Counted from the stretch's first letter, positions 1-10,737 are shown. The stretch: 64,000 nt of DNA from an uncultured delta proteobacterium (GCA_963790475.1 CAWBOS010000012.1:960001-1024000), one strand, 5' to 3'. The notes: generated from the sequence alone by a model not told the origin. Program-made: numbers and translations.

Positions 1-123
1 ATTCCATCGGGGTGTTCCTTTCATCCCCGTTGTCCTTATGCCTTTGAACGGTGCCGGGTTGAAACCCCGGAACTCATTTCCTTAGAAAAACTGCACGAGG
101 CGGCCTGCTGGCGAAATGTCTAA
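1..123 (+). CDS. 3' end of oligopeptide/dipeptide ABC transporter ATPase (OppD/DppD-like), partial
   Basis: Frame 1 reads [18 protein letters not shown]...HEAACWRNV*, the oligo_HPY C-terminal Cys motif; it overlaps the start of the next ATPase. Confidence 0.85.
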   Translation: MPSGCSFHPRCPYAFERCRVETPELISLEKLHEAACWRNV

Positions 124-1111
124 TAATAACGATAAAATTCTTCTTGATGTCCAGGATTTAAAAATGTATTTCCCCATTTCCGTGGGGTGGTTGCTTAAAA
201 AGACAGTCGGTCATATTAAAGCCGTAGACGGCATCAGCTTTAAGATCGCCAAAGGGGAAACCTTGGGACTGGTCGGAGAAAGCGGCTGCGGCAAGACCAC
301 CACCGGACGAACGATTCTCCAACTGGAGCGCCCGACTTCAGGCCGTATTTTCTTTGAAGGGGAAGATATCACCGGGATGGAAGAAAAAGCCCTGAGGACC
401 CTTCGAAGGAAAATGCAGATGATTTTCCAGGACCCCTTTGGTTCCCTCAATCCCCGAATGACCGCCGGTGAAATCATCGGTGAACCGCTGCTGATTCACC
501 GCCTGACTCACAGTAAGAAGGAATACCAAGATCAGGTCAAAGAATTGATGACCATCGTGGGCTTAAGTCCGACCACGATGGAAAGGTATCCTCATGAGTT
601 CAGCGGGGGACAGAGGCAAAGGATCGGAGTGGCCAGGGCCCTTTCGGTCCGGCCCAATTTGATTGTTTGTGATGAACCGGTCTCGGCCCTGGATGTTTCC
701 ATTCAGGCCCAGATCATCAACCTACTGGAAGAACTCCAGGAAAAGTTCGACCTCACTTATCTTTTCATCGCCCATGATCTGGCCGTGGTCAGACATATCA
801 GCGACCGGATTGCCGTGATGTATCTAGGCGAAATCGTCGAAATAGCCACCAGGGGTGATTTATACCGGAACCCTATTCATCCTTATACCAGATCTCTCCT
901 CTCGGCTATCCCGGTCCCGGATCCGATTGTGGAAGCGGAGCGGGAACATGTGCTTCTGGAAGGGGAGGTGCCCAGCCCGTTTAATCCGCCTTCAGGTTGC
1001 AAGTTTCATCCGCGATGTCCTACTGCCCAATTTCCTCGTTGCCGGGAGGAAAAACCCAAGCTGGTCGAAATCGAAGGCGGGCATCATTGGGTGTCTTGTT
1101 ATAGGGATTGA
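116..1111 (+). CDS. oppF: Oligopeptide/dipeptide ABC transporter ATP-binding protein (OppF/DppF-like)
   Basis: Walker [18 protein letters not shown] signature, [13 protein letters not shown]...CKFHPRC tail. Confidence 0.95.
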   Translation: MSNNNDKILLDVQDLKMYFPISVGWLLKKTVGHIKAVDGISFKIAKGETLGLVGESGCGKTTTGRTILQLERPTSGRIFFEGEDITGMEEKALRTLRRKMQMIFQDPFGSLNPRMTAGEIIGEPLLIHRLTHSKKEYQDQVKELMTIVGLSPTTMERYPHEFSGGQRQRIGVARALSVRPNLIVCDEPVSALDVSIQAQIINLLEELQEKFDLTYLFIAHDLAVVRHISDRIAVMYLGEIVEIATRGDLYRNPIHPYTRSLLSAIPVPDPIVEAEREHVLLEGEVPSPFNPPSGCKFHPRCPTAQFPRCREEKPKLVEIEGGHHWVSCYRD

Positions 1112-1235
1112 TCCGGTCTATTTGGTCTGTTTGGTGTGGTTGGAATTTAAGCATAATGTAATTGAAATAAAGATTTTAACCTTTAACCTCAAACTTTAAT
1201 ATTTGGGAACTTTTTTTTGAAAGGAGCAAAGTATC

Positions 1236-3146
1236 ATGTACCAAAGGAAAAGATTACTAAGTATTTTTGCAGGCCTGGTCTTTTTAATGTTTCTGACGGC
1301 CCTTATCCCCGCTGTGGGATCTGCCGCCAAGGCTAAACCGGCTTCCGCCAAATCAATCGCCGCGGCGCAACAACTTACTGCCGGGCAGGAATTTCCCGTT
1401 ACCGGAAAAGAATATCTGGAATGGGCGAAAAAAAGAGGAATGACTTGGGATACCAGCTACTGGCCGACCAAACCGGTACGGGGAGGGGTTTTTCAATCAG
1501 CGGCCCCCTTGTATATCGGGCTGATGAACCCCAACCACTGGCCGGTAAACGACTGGGTGACCATCAGTTATTTTTATGACGAACTTGTTTGGACGGATGG
1601 AAATTATAAACCCACCGTGCCCTTTCTGGCCGAATCCTGGAAATATCTGGACCCAAAAACCGTGGTCATGAAACTTCGGCAAGGGGTACAGTTTCATGAC
1701 GGGACGCCTTTTAATGCCGAAAGTGTTAAGTATCAGATGGAGTGGATCAAGGATCCCGCTAATGGGGCCTGGACCCGGGCCTGGCTTGAACCCCTGGAAT
1801 CGGTCGAAATCATCGATAACTACACGGTCAAGTTTCATTTTAGTAAACCCTGGGCCTCCTTCATTGGGGTCATGTCCAATGTTCCTGGAAAAATGATCTC
1901 AACCAAGGCCCTGAAAGCCGATGTAGCTTTAAGAGAATCTAAAAAATTGGCCGGCCAGGTGGAAAAGGAAAAGAAGAATGTGGCCGATACGGAGAAGGAA
2001 GTCGCCGCCGCCACCGGTGAAGCGGCTGAAAAGGCCAAGGCCAAGCTGGACGCGGCTAAGAAAAAATTAGCTCCCCTGGAGGAACAATACAAAAAGGCTG
2101 CTGCCCTGGCTGAAGGGGCCAAGCCATTGGACAACTTTCCGGTCGGCACAGGTGAATTTATGTTCGAGGAGGGCAGTCCGGGCAATTACCTAAAATTGAA
2201 AAGGAATCCTAACTGGTGGTGGGGAAAATTCATCGGAAAACCGGACATGCCTTACCTTGACGGACTCAATGTCAGTATCATCCCTGATCCATCGGTCCGA
2301 CTGGCCAATCTACGGGCCGGAAAACTTGATTATATGGTGATTGACCCTTCCCAGTACCCTATGGTCAAGAATGACAAGAGTTTGAACGTCTATGTCTATC
2401 CCCTAAACTGGGTGGTGGGCCTGCGTTTTAACCAGAAAGATGGACCCTGCAAAGACATTAGGGTCCGCAAAGCCATCTCCATTGCCCTGGATCGAAAGGC
2501 CCTGATTAACGGCGTGGCTTTCGGTTTGGGTGACCCGTCCAGTGGTCCTTTCCCCAACCAACACTGGGCCCATAATCCCAGTCTCAAGCCGCTGGCCTAT
2601 AACCCGGAACTTGCCAAGAAATTACTGGCCGAGGCCGGGTATAAAAACGGGTTGACCATAAAGGGATATATGTACAACGAATCCGGGTCCCAGACCATGG
2701 CCGAGGCGGTTAAAAATATGCTGGCCAAAGTAGGCATTAACTGGAAGGTGGAGTTGCTCGATCCGGCGGCTGCCGCTGAAAAGATGAGAAAGCTCGATTA
2801 CGATCTGGCCACCAATACCTGGACCTGGATCTATGACCCGGACCTCCTGCTCACCGGCTGGTACGATACGGATGGAGGGTTTAACTTCGGCAAGAGTAAC
2901 AATAAGAAAGTCATCTCCCTGATTGAGGCCGGGCGTGAAGAGGTGGACCTGGCCAAGAGGACCAAGATCTATTGGGAAATTGAAAAATTGCTCTACGACA
3001 ACTATGAGGACGTCTATTTATATTACCCCAGGACCGTAACCCTTTTTCGCAAGAACGTCCAGGGCTGGAACAATGACATGTACTGGAAGATGAAAGATAT
3101 ACAATGGTGGTCACACCCCCTGTGGTTTAAAAATGGAAAGCGGTAA
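1236..3146 (+). CDS. ABC substrate-binding protein, family 5, with a ~70-aa charged helical insert
   Basis: Signal peptide; LRQGVQFHDGTPFNAESVK, PVGTGEF, DIRVRKAI motifs; RBS aaggag. Confidence 0.9.
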   Translation: MYQRKRLLSIFAGLVFLMFLTALIPAVGSAAKAKPASAKSIAAAQQLTAGQEFPVTGKEYLEWAKKRGMTWDTSYWPTKPVRGGVFQSAAPLYIGLMNPNHWPVNDWVTISYFYDELVWTDGNYKPTVPFLAESWKYLDPKTVVMKLRQGVQFHDGTPFNAESVKYQMEWIKDPANGAWTRAWLEPLESVEIIDNYTVKFHFSKPWASFIGVMSNVPGKMISTKALKADVALRESKKLAGQVEKEKKNVADTEKEVAAATGEAAEKAKAKLDAAKKKLAPLEEQYKKAAALAEGAKPLDNFPVGTGEFMFEEGSPGNYLKLKRNPNWWWGKFIGKPDMPYLDGLNVSIIPDPSVRLANLRAGKLDYMVIDPSQYPMVKNDKSLNVYVYPLNWVVGLRFNQKDGPCKDIRVRKAISIALDRKALINGVAFGLGDPSSGPFPNQHWAHNPSLKPLAYNPELAKKLLAEAGYKNGLTIKGYMYNESGSQTMAEAVKNMLAKVGINWKVELLDPAAAAEKMRKLDYDLATNTWTWIYDPDLLLTGWYDTDGGFNFGKSNNKKVISLIEAGREEVDLAKRTKIYWEIEKLLYDNYEDVYLYYPRTVTLFRKNVQGWNNDMYWKMKDIQWWSHPLWFKNGKR

Positions 3147-3301
3147 TTTAACGAAAAACAGGCTATAGGCAATAGGCACGAGGCCAAAGGAAGTAAGGGT
3201 TAGAAGGATCTATTAGTTTGACCCCTCTCGGGCTTGAGGCCTTTCGGATGGTAGCGATCAAAGTAACTATTGAATTCGTAAATTAGCAGAAAGTCCCTTA
3301 C

Positions 3302-3378
3302 CGTCATCCCTTACCGTTATTCCGACGAAAGTCGGAATCCATCCCGCCTTTGGCGGGACCGGTTTTCACCGGGGTGAC
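3302..3378. repeat. Degenerate REP-like palindromic repeat (GTCATTCCGGCGAAAGCCGGAATCC family)
   Basis: gttattccgacgaaagtcggaatcc...ccggggtgac matches other copies in the window. Confidence 0.6.
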
Positions 3379-3615
3379 AATTTCTATAAAGTTTATGATC
3401 ACTAATATAGTGCTCATCGTGATTGAGCACGAGGGATAATAATCGGAAAACAGCCCCCTGAATCTCCCTTTTTAAGAGTTGGAGTTTTTTTAGGTTCCCT
3501 TCTCTAATAAGGGGGATGAGGGGGGTTTTTATTTTAGATTATAGAATAACGCTCTCGGATTAACTCCGAGGCCGGCTTGGTTACAGGGTAGAAGATTTTA
3601 TATGCCAAGCACTAT

Positions 3616-3750
3616 TAATGAATATCTAAAAAGTCGTCACCCCGGTAAAAACCGGGGTCCAGGCAACTTAGGGCTACTTAAAAACACTGGATTCCGGCTT
3701 TCACCGGAATGACAAAAATGGGATCTCGGCGACTTTTTATAGATCCATCA
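3616..3750. mobile_element. MITE-like element carrying a REP doublet
   Basis: Imperfect terminal IRs taatgaatatctaaaaagtcg / cgactttttatagatccatca; same layout as 13798-14067 and 41766-41899. Confidence 0.65.
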
Positions 3751-3782
3751 GCATATTTTCGAATCCTTAAGGAGGAACGACT

Positions 3783-6185
3783 GTGAATAATCAGGTATCA
3801 AGAAATGAGATGTGGATCGACTCACCCCTGGGAAAGCGTTTACCGGATGCGGGGGGATCGCCGGTAGGTGTGGCCCGGCTTGATCCGGAAAAGGCTTATG
3901 CCGGAGTGGGTGAACTTCTTCAGCAGGTCATCAACGAATCCAGTCAAGAGGCCTGGAATAAGATCAAGGCCAAGATCGATTATACCTATGAAGGCCTGGA
4001 TTACGCATTGGGTCCTCTGAAGGAGGAGACTGGCTTTGAGAAAGAAATTAAAGCTCGATTGGACAAAGGGGAAAAATTCCTTTTTAAACCTAACCTGGTA
4101 GCGCCCTTTAATATTGACCCCCAGACCCATGGGCCTACCACGGCAAGTACAACCTGCACTGAATGGCCATTTGTGGCTGCCCTCATGCGTTGGTTTCATG
4201 ACCGATTGGGAGTTCGTTATCATCAAATGGCTGTGGGTGAAGCGGCTACAGCTATGTCGGCCGCCGCCGGATTTTTTTCCATGATTAATCCTGAAGGAAA
4301 AACGGTTACTACCGAAGCTGTTATTGAGGGCCGGTCGGGCAATTTTTATGGAGGTTGGGGGTTTTATTTTGTCCGGAAATATTTGGGCGAATGCCCTGGG
4401 GTTGAACATAATGATGATCCGATGCAAGGCTATGAGAGTAGTGTGGCCGGATTGTACACCCCTCCCGGGCGTGTGGATCATGAACTTAGGGCGTTCGATC
4501 TGAACCGGATTGATGATCCCCAAAAGGGCCGGGAGATTGAAGTGCCGGGTGGCATCAATTTTAAAACTTTAACTCTACACAAAGCCATTATAGGAGGCGA
4601 TCCGACGGAACCCCAGGATCGAAAGAATTATCCAGGATGCATCCTGGTCAACATACCCAAAATGAAAGTACATACCCAGGCCCTTTTCACCAACATCATT
4701 AAAAATTTGGGGATCGGCCTTTATCCGATGCAATTTTCCAAGGGAGGCGACTGTTGCTGGGAATACAGCAACCCCCAGTGTCCGGTTCCCGGGATGAAAG
4801 GTGGTGTTCCCCATGAAGTCTGGGTTCCGGAAATGGATTATGAGACCTGCCTTCCGGTAGTAGATCAGTCCGGAAAATTGAATTTGAAAAAGACCGGAGG
4901 CCTAACCGCGACCATGGTTGATATTGTTAAAGCGGTTCAAAACCAGGATATACTCATGATCCACATTGTTGATGCCATCCAAGCGATCAATGTGGACCAT
5001 ATGGGTTCGGATATGGCCAAAAGAGAGGCAGAAGGACTGGTTTTTGCCGGGCTGGACCCGGTGGCTGCCGATTTATTGTGCGCCAGGTACATGTTCAGCA
5101 ATGTGCCTTTAAGAGAAGCCCTGGAGGTGAAAATAGACGACGGTGTAGGAGGTTTCTTCCCTCAGGCCGTTCCCTTGCCGACCGTGGAAGGGAACAATAT
5201 CATCACCGGAAAAGGATATGATTGCCCCTTGGCACGCGATAACTGTTTTGAACAAGCCGAAGTGAGAGGTTTGGGCAAAAGGGCTTATCATGTATTGGGA
5301 TGGGACGCAGTCACTGACAGTCCGCTGGTATCCCTGGAGGGACATCTGGGCCGGGTGAAAGACGGAATTTTTATCGATGTCAATACCAAGTCCCTTTATT
5401 TTGGCTTCTTCAAATTTCCCTGGGATCTTCAGAAAACCGCCTTTGGCTACCTCTCGGCCGTCGATCAGTTAACCGGCTCATCTTGGAAGAAAGAATTTTT
5501 AGAAGCTTTCGACGAGAATGGCGATGGAATTATCAGCTATTGGGAAACAGGCAAAAAAGGGATAGAAGCCCTTTTTCTGCATCAAGGAGGATATTCGACT
5601 TCCTGCCTGGCTACAGAACCGCTGGGCTTTATTTCCGGACGGGTCAAAACCATGATGAAGACCATCAAACTCGCAGATCCCCGGAGAAACAGCCGTGGTT
5701 ATGATTTTCTCCGGGAATCTTCATTCGGTACGATCTGTCTGGTCGCTTTCAGAATGTCCCAAATCGAAATGGAAAGCCCGGACCTTTTTGTCCCTGGTAT
5801 GACTTGGGGCAAGGGGAAATGGCCCAGCTTTCAGACGGCCCAGTTTCTTTCCTTGGGCATGCAGCTTTATGGGCAGGGCTTTCCTTTCCAACCCGGTTTT
5901 CCCAGCCTCTATGGATCAGCCGTTTATTATGCCGATCTGACCCAAACGGGGGGTAAATATATAGGGCTCACCTCCGGCCGACAGCCGGACCCTGAAAAAC
6001 TCCAAGCCTATGTGGCCGGGGTCCAAAAAGGCCAGGATCAAGCTATGGATTTTGTCTTTTACGTACCTCCAGGTTATGAAAATCTTGGAGGATCCCCTCT
6101 GCCGAATGTGGAGGCCACCGATGATCCGGCCAAGGTCTTGACCATTCGGTTCAATGGGGGCCAGGAGATTTGGGGGGAGGTTTAG
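3783..6185 (+). CDS. Large DUF362-domain (putative Fe-S) protein with an EF-hand-like loop
   Basis: KPN, GEA, NIPKMKVH, IKNL and DPVAAD motifs typical of DUF362; DENGDGIISYWE loop; GTG start after aaggagg. Confidence 0.75.
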   Translation: MNNQVSRNEMWIDSPLGKRLPDAGGSPVGVARLDPEKAYAGVGELLQQVINESSQEAWNKIKAKIDYTYEGLDYALGPLKEETGFEKEIKARLDKGEKFLFKPNLVAPFNIDPQTHGPTTASTTCTEWPFVAALMRWFHDRLGVRYHQMAVGEAATAMSAAAGFFSMINPEGKTVTTEAVIEGRSGNFYGGWGFYFVRKYLGECPGVEHNDDPMQGYESSVAGLYTPPGRVDHELRAFDLNRIDDPQKGREIEVPGGINFKTLTLHKAIIGGDPTEPQDRKNYPGCILVNIPKMKVHTQALFTNIIKNLGIGLYPMQFSKGGDCCWEYSNPQCPVPGMKGGVPHEVWVPEMDYETCLPVVDQSGKLNLKKTGGLTATMVDIVKAVQNQDILMIHIVDAIQAINVDHMGSDMAKREAEGLVFAGLDPVAADLLCARYMFSNVPLREALEVKIDDGVGGFFPQAVPLPTVEGNNIITGKGYDCPLARDNCFEQAEVRGLGKRAYHVLGWDAVTDSPLVSLEGHLGRVKDGIFIDVNTKSLYFGFFKFPWDLQKTAFGYLSAVDQLTGSSWKKEFLEAFDENGDGIISYWETGKKGIEALFLHQGGYSTSCLATEPLGFISGRVKTMMKTIKLADPRRNSRGYDFLRESSFGTICLVAFRMSQIEMESPDLFVPGMTWGKGKWPSFQTAQFLSLGMQLYGQGFPFQPGFPSLYGSAVYYADLTQTGGKYIGLTSGRQPDPEKLQAYVAGVQKGQDQAMDFVFYVPPGYENLGGSPLPNVEATDDPAKVLTIRFNGGQEIWGEV

Positions 6186-6295
6186 TATCAAGTTTTGAGT
6201 TCGGAGTAATTAGTAATTGAAAAAAGGGTTCTCTCCGAACTCCGAACTAATCACTCCGAACTATTACCGCAGAACTTAGAATTAGGAGGTAATTC

Positions 6296-7192
6296 ATGCC
6301 CTATTTTGAAAGAGGTCATGTCCGCATCTATTATGAAGATGTCGGAAAAGGAGAACCCATCATCGCCAATCACGGGTTGATGGAAGACTGCGGATACTGG
6401 AGCGAGACGGGGATAACGGCCAGGCTGGCAGAGCACTATCGGGTCATCTCCATGGATATGCGCGGTCATGGCCGCACGGTCGTCTCCGGGCAGCCTTATG
6501 GCTTTGATGTGGGGACCATGGCCAATGATTTTGGGGCCCTGGCCGATTCATTGGGCCTGGATAAGTTTCATATCCTAAGTCACGCTACCGGTGGAATGGT
6601 TGCCGTTCGCTACGCCATGACTACCTCCAAAAGACTTTTAAGCCTTATGTTGACTGATACCGGTTCGGCCACAGCCCCAGAAATGCCGGCGCCAGATGGG
6701 CAGGCGATGCTGGACCCGGAAGCGCGAAGAGAGGCCTTTACCTTGGGGGCCGAAGCGCGAAAAATCACGTCCGTTGAAGACTGGATGACCTATGCCAAGG
6801 CCAATCCCGGCCCCTTTCTCTTTAAGATGGCCGAACAACCTGAGGCAGAACGCATGTGGGGAATCTACGAAGGATTTCTTCGCCGGAGCGACCCGGTGGC
6901 CATTGGTAATTTCATGTTGAGTTTTTACGCCGATCCGGACCCGATGATTGAAGGGTTGAGGCAGATCGCCTGCCCGACTATGATTCTTCTTGGGGAATTC
7001 GACCTGGTGTTCCTGGGACCGAGCGAAATCCTCGCTCGAGAGATTCCTGATAACAGGCACGTGATTCTGAATAGTGTGGGACATATGACGGCCATCGAAG
7101 ACCCGGAACGAACGGTCAAGGAGATACTCGATTTTCTGAAGGCAGTGGGCGGCAACCGGAAAGGCAAAGAAGAAAGGTTGATGGTCCAGTAG
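6296..7192 (+). CDS. Alpha/beta-fold hydrolase
   Basis: HG, DMRGHGRT and C-terminal GH motifs; the nucleophile elbow reads SHATGG rather than GxSxG. Confidence 0.85.
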   Translation: MPYFERGHVRIYYEDVGKGEPIIANHGLMEDCGYWSETGITARLAEHYRVISMDMRGHGRTVVSGQPYGFDVGTMANDFGALADSLGLDKFHILSHATGGMVAVRYAMTTSKRLLSLMLTDTGSATAPEMPAPDGQAMLDPEARREAFTLGAEARKITSVEDWMTYAKANPGPFLFKMAEQPEAERMWGIYEGFLRRSDPVAIGNFMLSFYADPDPMIEGLRQIACPTMILLGEFDLVFLGPSEILAREIPDNRHVILNSVGHMTAIEDPERTVKEILDFLKAVGGNRKGKEERLMVQ

Positions 7193-7215
7193 ATATTCTC
7201 TGAAAGTCCAACAAA

Positions 7216-7293
7216 GTCATTCCGGCGACAGCCGGAATCCAGTGTTTGTAAATAGTTTTATGTAACCTGGACCCCGGCTTTCGCCGGGGTGAC
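7216..7293. repeat. REP doublet
   Basis: gtcattccggcgacagccggaatccag...ctggaccccggctttcgccggggtgac. Confidence 0.8.
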
Positions 7294-7350
7294 AACTTTT
7301 TAGGCAATTGTCAAGTTTAACAACTTTCTAATCGAAAGGAGTTTAACATC

Positions 7351-9174
7351 ATGGTCGAAAGAAAAAGATTTTTAGGAATTCTGGCGAGCGTAACCTTTCT
7401 TTTGTTTCTACTCGGTTTACTTCCCGGTATGGGAATGACCGCACCTGCGGAAAAAACCTACATGGGAATGGAGTGGGGAACGAAATATTGGCCAACTAAA
7501 CCGGTACGAGGGGGAATTACTAATTCCGCCTCCCCATTGTATATCGGTTTGATGAATCCCCATCACTGGCCGGTAAACGACTGGGTGACCTTAGGATTCT
7601 TCTATGAAAAACTCATTTACACCGATGGGAAATTCAGACCCGCGGTACCCTGGCTGGCTGAGTCCTGGAAATACATCAACGACGTGACGGTGGTTATGAA
7701 GCTCCGTCAAGGCGTTCAGTTTCATGACGGCTCTCCCTTCAATGCTGAAAGTCTCAAGTATCAAATGGAATGGATCATGGACCCCAAAAACGGGGCCTGG
7801 ACCCGATCCTGGCTGGAACCAATCGCTTCCATTGAAGTGGTGGACCCCTACACGGTCAAGTGGCATTTCAAGAGACCCTGGGCCGGATTCCTGGGTATGA
7901 TGGCTTATACCCCGGGATATGTCATTTCAGCCAAAGCCCTGAAGGCCGACGTCGCCTTGAGGGAGTACCAAAAATTGGCCGGCCAGGTGGACAGAGAAAA
8001 GAAAAATGTGGAGCAGGCCGAGAAGGAGGCCGCCGCCGCTACTGGTGAAGCGGCTGAAAAGGCCAAGGCCAAGCTGGAAACGGCCAAGAAAAAATTGGTG
8101 AGTCTGGAAGAAGAATATAAAAAGACGGCTGCTCTGGCTGAAGGGGCCAAGGATTTGGATAATAATCCGGTAGGGACGGGACCCTATATGTTGGAGGAGG
8201 GGAATCCCGGCAATTACGTAAAGTTAAAAAGGAACCCCAACTGGTGGTTTGGAAAATTTATCGGACATCCGGAAATGCCTTACTTTGACGGGATCAAAGT
8301 CAGCGTTATCCCCGATCCCTCGGTCAGACTGGCTGCCCTCAGGGCCGGAAAACTTGATACCATGTATGTCGATCCATCCCAGTACCCTATGATCAAAAAT
8401 GACCGAAATTTACAGATCTTTACTTATCCCGGGACCCATCTGGTCGCCATGCGTTTTAACTTGAAAGATGGCCCCTGCAAGGACATCAGGGTCCGCAAGG
8501 CCATATCCCATGCCCTCGATCGAAAGGCCCTGATTGCCGGGGTCACCTTCGGATTGGGCCGACCGGCCAGTTGTATGTATCCTACTGATCACTGGGCGCA
8601 TAATCCTAATCTTAAACCGGTCAGTTATGACCCTGAGCTCTCCAAGAAGTTGCTGGCCCAGGCCGGCTATAAAAACGGATTGACCATAAAGGGAAATATG
8701 GCCAACACGGCTGGATCAACCACTTTAGCGGAAGCCATCAAGGCCATGCTGGCCAAGGTGGGTATTACCTGGAATGTGGAGTTGCTCGATCCGGCGGCCA
8801 TCAGCGAAAAGCTGAGAAAAGTCGATTATGATTTTGCCGGAGGGGGTTGGGCCTGGATCTTCGACCCGGATCAAATGGCCACCGGACTTTACCATCCGGA
8901 GGGAGGTTTTAATTATGGAAGGAGTAACAACCCTAAAGCGATCGCTTTGATCGAAGCCGCCCGCAAAGAGCTTGACATCGAAAAGAGGACCAAGCTTTAT
9001 TGGGAGTTGGAAAAGGTGATTTATGACAATTACGAAGATGCTTTTCTATGGTATCCCATGGACATAACGATTTATCGTAAAAACGTCCTGGGGTGGAACA
9101 TGGATATGTATCTTAAAATGAGAGAAGCACAATACTATTCCCACCCCATGTGGTTTAAAAACGGAAAACCGTAA
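7351..9174 (+). CDS. ABC substrate-binding protein, family 5 (paralogue of 1236-3146)
   Basis: Same motifs and same helical insert; close similarity by eye. Confidence 0.9.
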   Translation: MVERKRFLGILASVTFLLFLLGLLPGMGMTAPAEKTYMGMEWGTKYWPTKPVRGGITNSASPLYIGLMNPHHWPVNDWVTLGFFYEKLIYTDGKFRPAVPWLAESWKYINDVTVVMKLRQGVQFHDGSPFNAESLKYQMEWIMDPKNGAWTRSWLEPIASIEVVDPYTVKWHFKRPWAGFLGMMAYTPGYVISAKALKADVALREYQKLAGQVDREKKNVEQAEKEAAAATGEAAEKAKAKLETAKKKLVSLEEEYKKTAALAEGAKDLDNNPVGTGPYMLEEGNPGNYVKLKRNPNWWFGKFIGHPEMPYFDGIKVSVIPDPSVRLAALRAGKLDTMYVDPSQYPMIKNDRNLQIFTYPGTHLVAMRFNLKDGPCKDIRVRKAISHALDRKALIAGVTFGLGRPASCMYPTDHWAHNPNLKPVSYDPELSKKLLAQAGYKNGLTIKGNMANTAGSTTLAEAIKAMLAKVGITWNVELLDPAAISEKLRKVDYDFAGGGWAWIFDPDQMATGLYHPEGGFNYGRSNNPKAIALIEAARKELDIEKRTKLYWELEKVIYDNYEDAFLWYPMDITIYRKNVLGWNMDMYLKMREAQYYSHPMWFKNGKP

Positions 9175-9233
9175 AAAAACAGGCTATAGGCTATCGGAGC
9201 CTCTTGCCTAAAGAACATTATTAATTATGAAAA

Positions 9234-9322
9234 AGGGTTTAAGGGGTCAAGGAGTCAAGGGGCCAAGTCAAAGGCGTAAAGTTAAAAGCCTCGAACCCTT
9301 GAATCCTCGAACCCTTGAACCC
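9234..9322. repeat. Inverted arrays of 8-mer tandem repeats
   Basis: (ggggtcaa/ggagtcaa)n ... (tcgaaccc/ttgaatcc)n; related copies near 31000, 36940 and 38720. Confidence 0.7.
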
Positions 9323-9348
9323 TAATCTGAAATAAAAAGGAGAGAAAA

Positions 9349-10569
9349 ATGGCTTACAGAGACTTGGATTTTAATCTAACCGATGAACAAAAAGCTCTAA
9401 GAGATACCATCAGAAAGTTCGGCGCCGAGGTGATGCGCCCGGCCGGAGAAAAACTGGATAAGATGGCTAACCCGGCGGAGGTTATCGCCAAGGGATCGCC
9501 CCTGTGGGATGTAATCAGGACCTATCGTGAACTGGGATTTCATAAGAGAGCCCTTCCCAAGGCCCTGGGCGGGATGCAGGAAGATATGGACCCTATGTCC
9601 AATCTGCTCATTGGTGAAGAGATGGGCTATGCCGACGCCGGTCTGGCCATCAGTTTGGGGGCGGGCGGTATGCCTTTCGCTTACGCGGCCCTGTTCCCGA
9701 ATCCGAAGCTCCAGGAACTGGCCCGGGCCTACGCCGAAGACACCAAAGGGGAACTGGTCGGCTGTTGGGCCATCACCGAACCGGACCACGGCGGGGACTG
9801 GTCACTGGGTGGTGAGAACCCCAAGTGCGGCCCTTCGGTTCGGGGCGTTCTCAAAGGAGACGAGTATATCGTCAATGGTCAAAAGGCGGCCTGGGTCAGC
9901 AATGGGACCGTCGCCACCCATGCTGTTTTTCATGTCGGGCTGGAGCCCGAAAAGGGGATGATGGGTCAGGGCTTGGCCATTATTCCTCTTGATCTTCCCG
10001 GCATTACCAAAGGTAAACCGCTGGATAAAATCGGGCAGCGCGCCTTGAACCAAGGGGAGATTTTTTTTGAAGATGCAAGAATACCCAAAGAATACATGGT
10101 CGTAACACCTGATTTGGGAGTCATGGAGAACATGGGAGAATTCATCCTGGCCGGGGCCAACGGCGGCATGGCCATTACCTTTGCCGGATTGGCCAAGGCG
10201 GCTTATGATGAAGCCTTTAAATATGCCAATGAACGGATTCAGGGTGGTGTTCCGATTATCCAGCATCAGAATATTCAATTGAAGATATTCAAGATGTTTA
10301 CCCTGGTCGAAGCGGCCAGGGCCGCAACCCGCAGGATGGCGATGTATAATGCCGTTAATATGCCCCCTTCCGGGGCTCATGCCGTGGCCGCCAAATGCTT
10401 TTCGACGGAAACGGCCTTTCAGGTTTCCAGCGAAGCCGTACAAATTTTTGGCGGAAACGGATTAAGTCGGGAATATCCGGTCGAGAAGATGTTCCGGGAT
10501 GCCCGTTCGGCTATGATCGAAGATGGGGTCAATGAAACATTGTCCTTGTCCGCGGTGCAGTATTTGTAA
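9349..10569 (+). CDS. Acyl-CoA dehydrogenase
   Basis: WAITEPDHGGD, NGQKAWVSNG, QIFGGNG, IEDGVNE. Confidence 0.93.
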   Translation: MAYRDLDFNLTDEQKALRDTIRKFGAEVMRPAGEKLDKMANPAEVIAKGSPLWDVIRTYRELGFHKRALPKALGGMQEDMDPMSNLLIGEEMGYADAGLAISLGAGGMPFAYAALFPNPKLQELARAYAEDTKGELVGCWAITEPDHGGDWSLGGENPKCGPSVRGVLKGDEYIVNGQKAAWVSNGTVATHAVFHVGLEPEKGMMGQGLAIIPLDLPGITKGKPLDKIGQRALNQGEIFFEDARIPKEYMVVTPDLGVMENMGEFILAGANGGMAITFAGLAKAAYDEAFKYANERIQGGVPIIQHQNIQLKIFKMFTLVEAARAATRRMAMYNAVNMPPSGAHAVAAKCFSTETAFQVSSEAVQIFGGNGLSREYPVEKMFRDARSAMIEDGVNETLSLSAVQYL

Positions 10570-10575
10570 TCTACC

Positions 10576-10641
10576 GTATTCCGGCGGAAGCCGGAATCCA
10601 GAATCTCAACTCCTCTGGACCCCGGCTTCCGCCGGGGTGAC
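10576..10641. repeat. REP doublet
   Basis: gtattccggcggaagccggaatccag...ctggaccccggcttccgccggggtgac. Confidence 0.8.
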
Positions 10642-10664
10642 AATATAAAAAATAATTCATTTGT

Positions 10665-10737
10665 GTCATTTCGACCGAAGGGAGAAATATTAGTTTCTTC
10701 CACTTGTATAAGATCACTCCCTCTCGTTCGGGATGAC
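10665..10737. repeat. Second REP family (GTCATTTCGA..G..GAGAAAT...GGGATGAC)
   Basis: Related copy at ~13910-13989. Confidence 0.6.
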
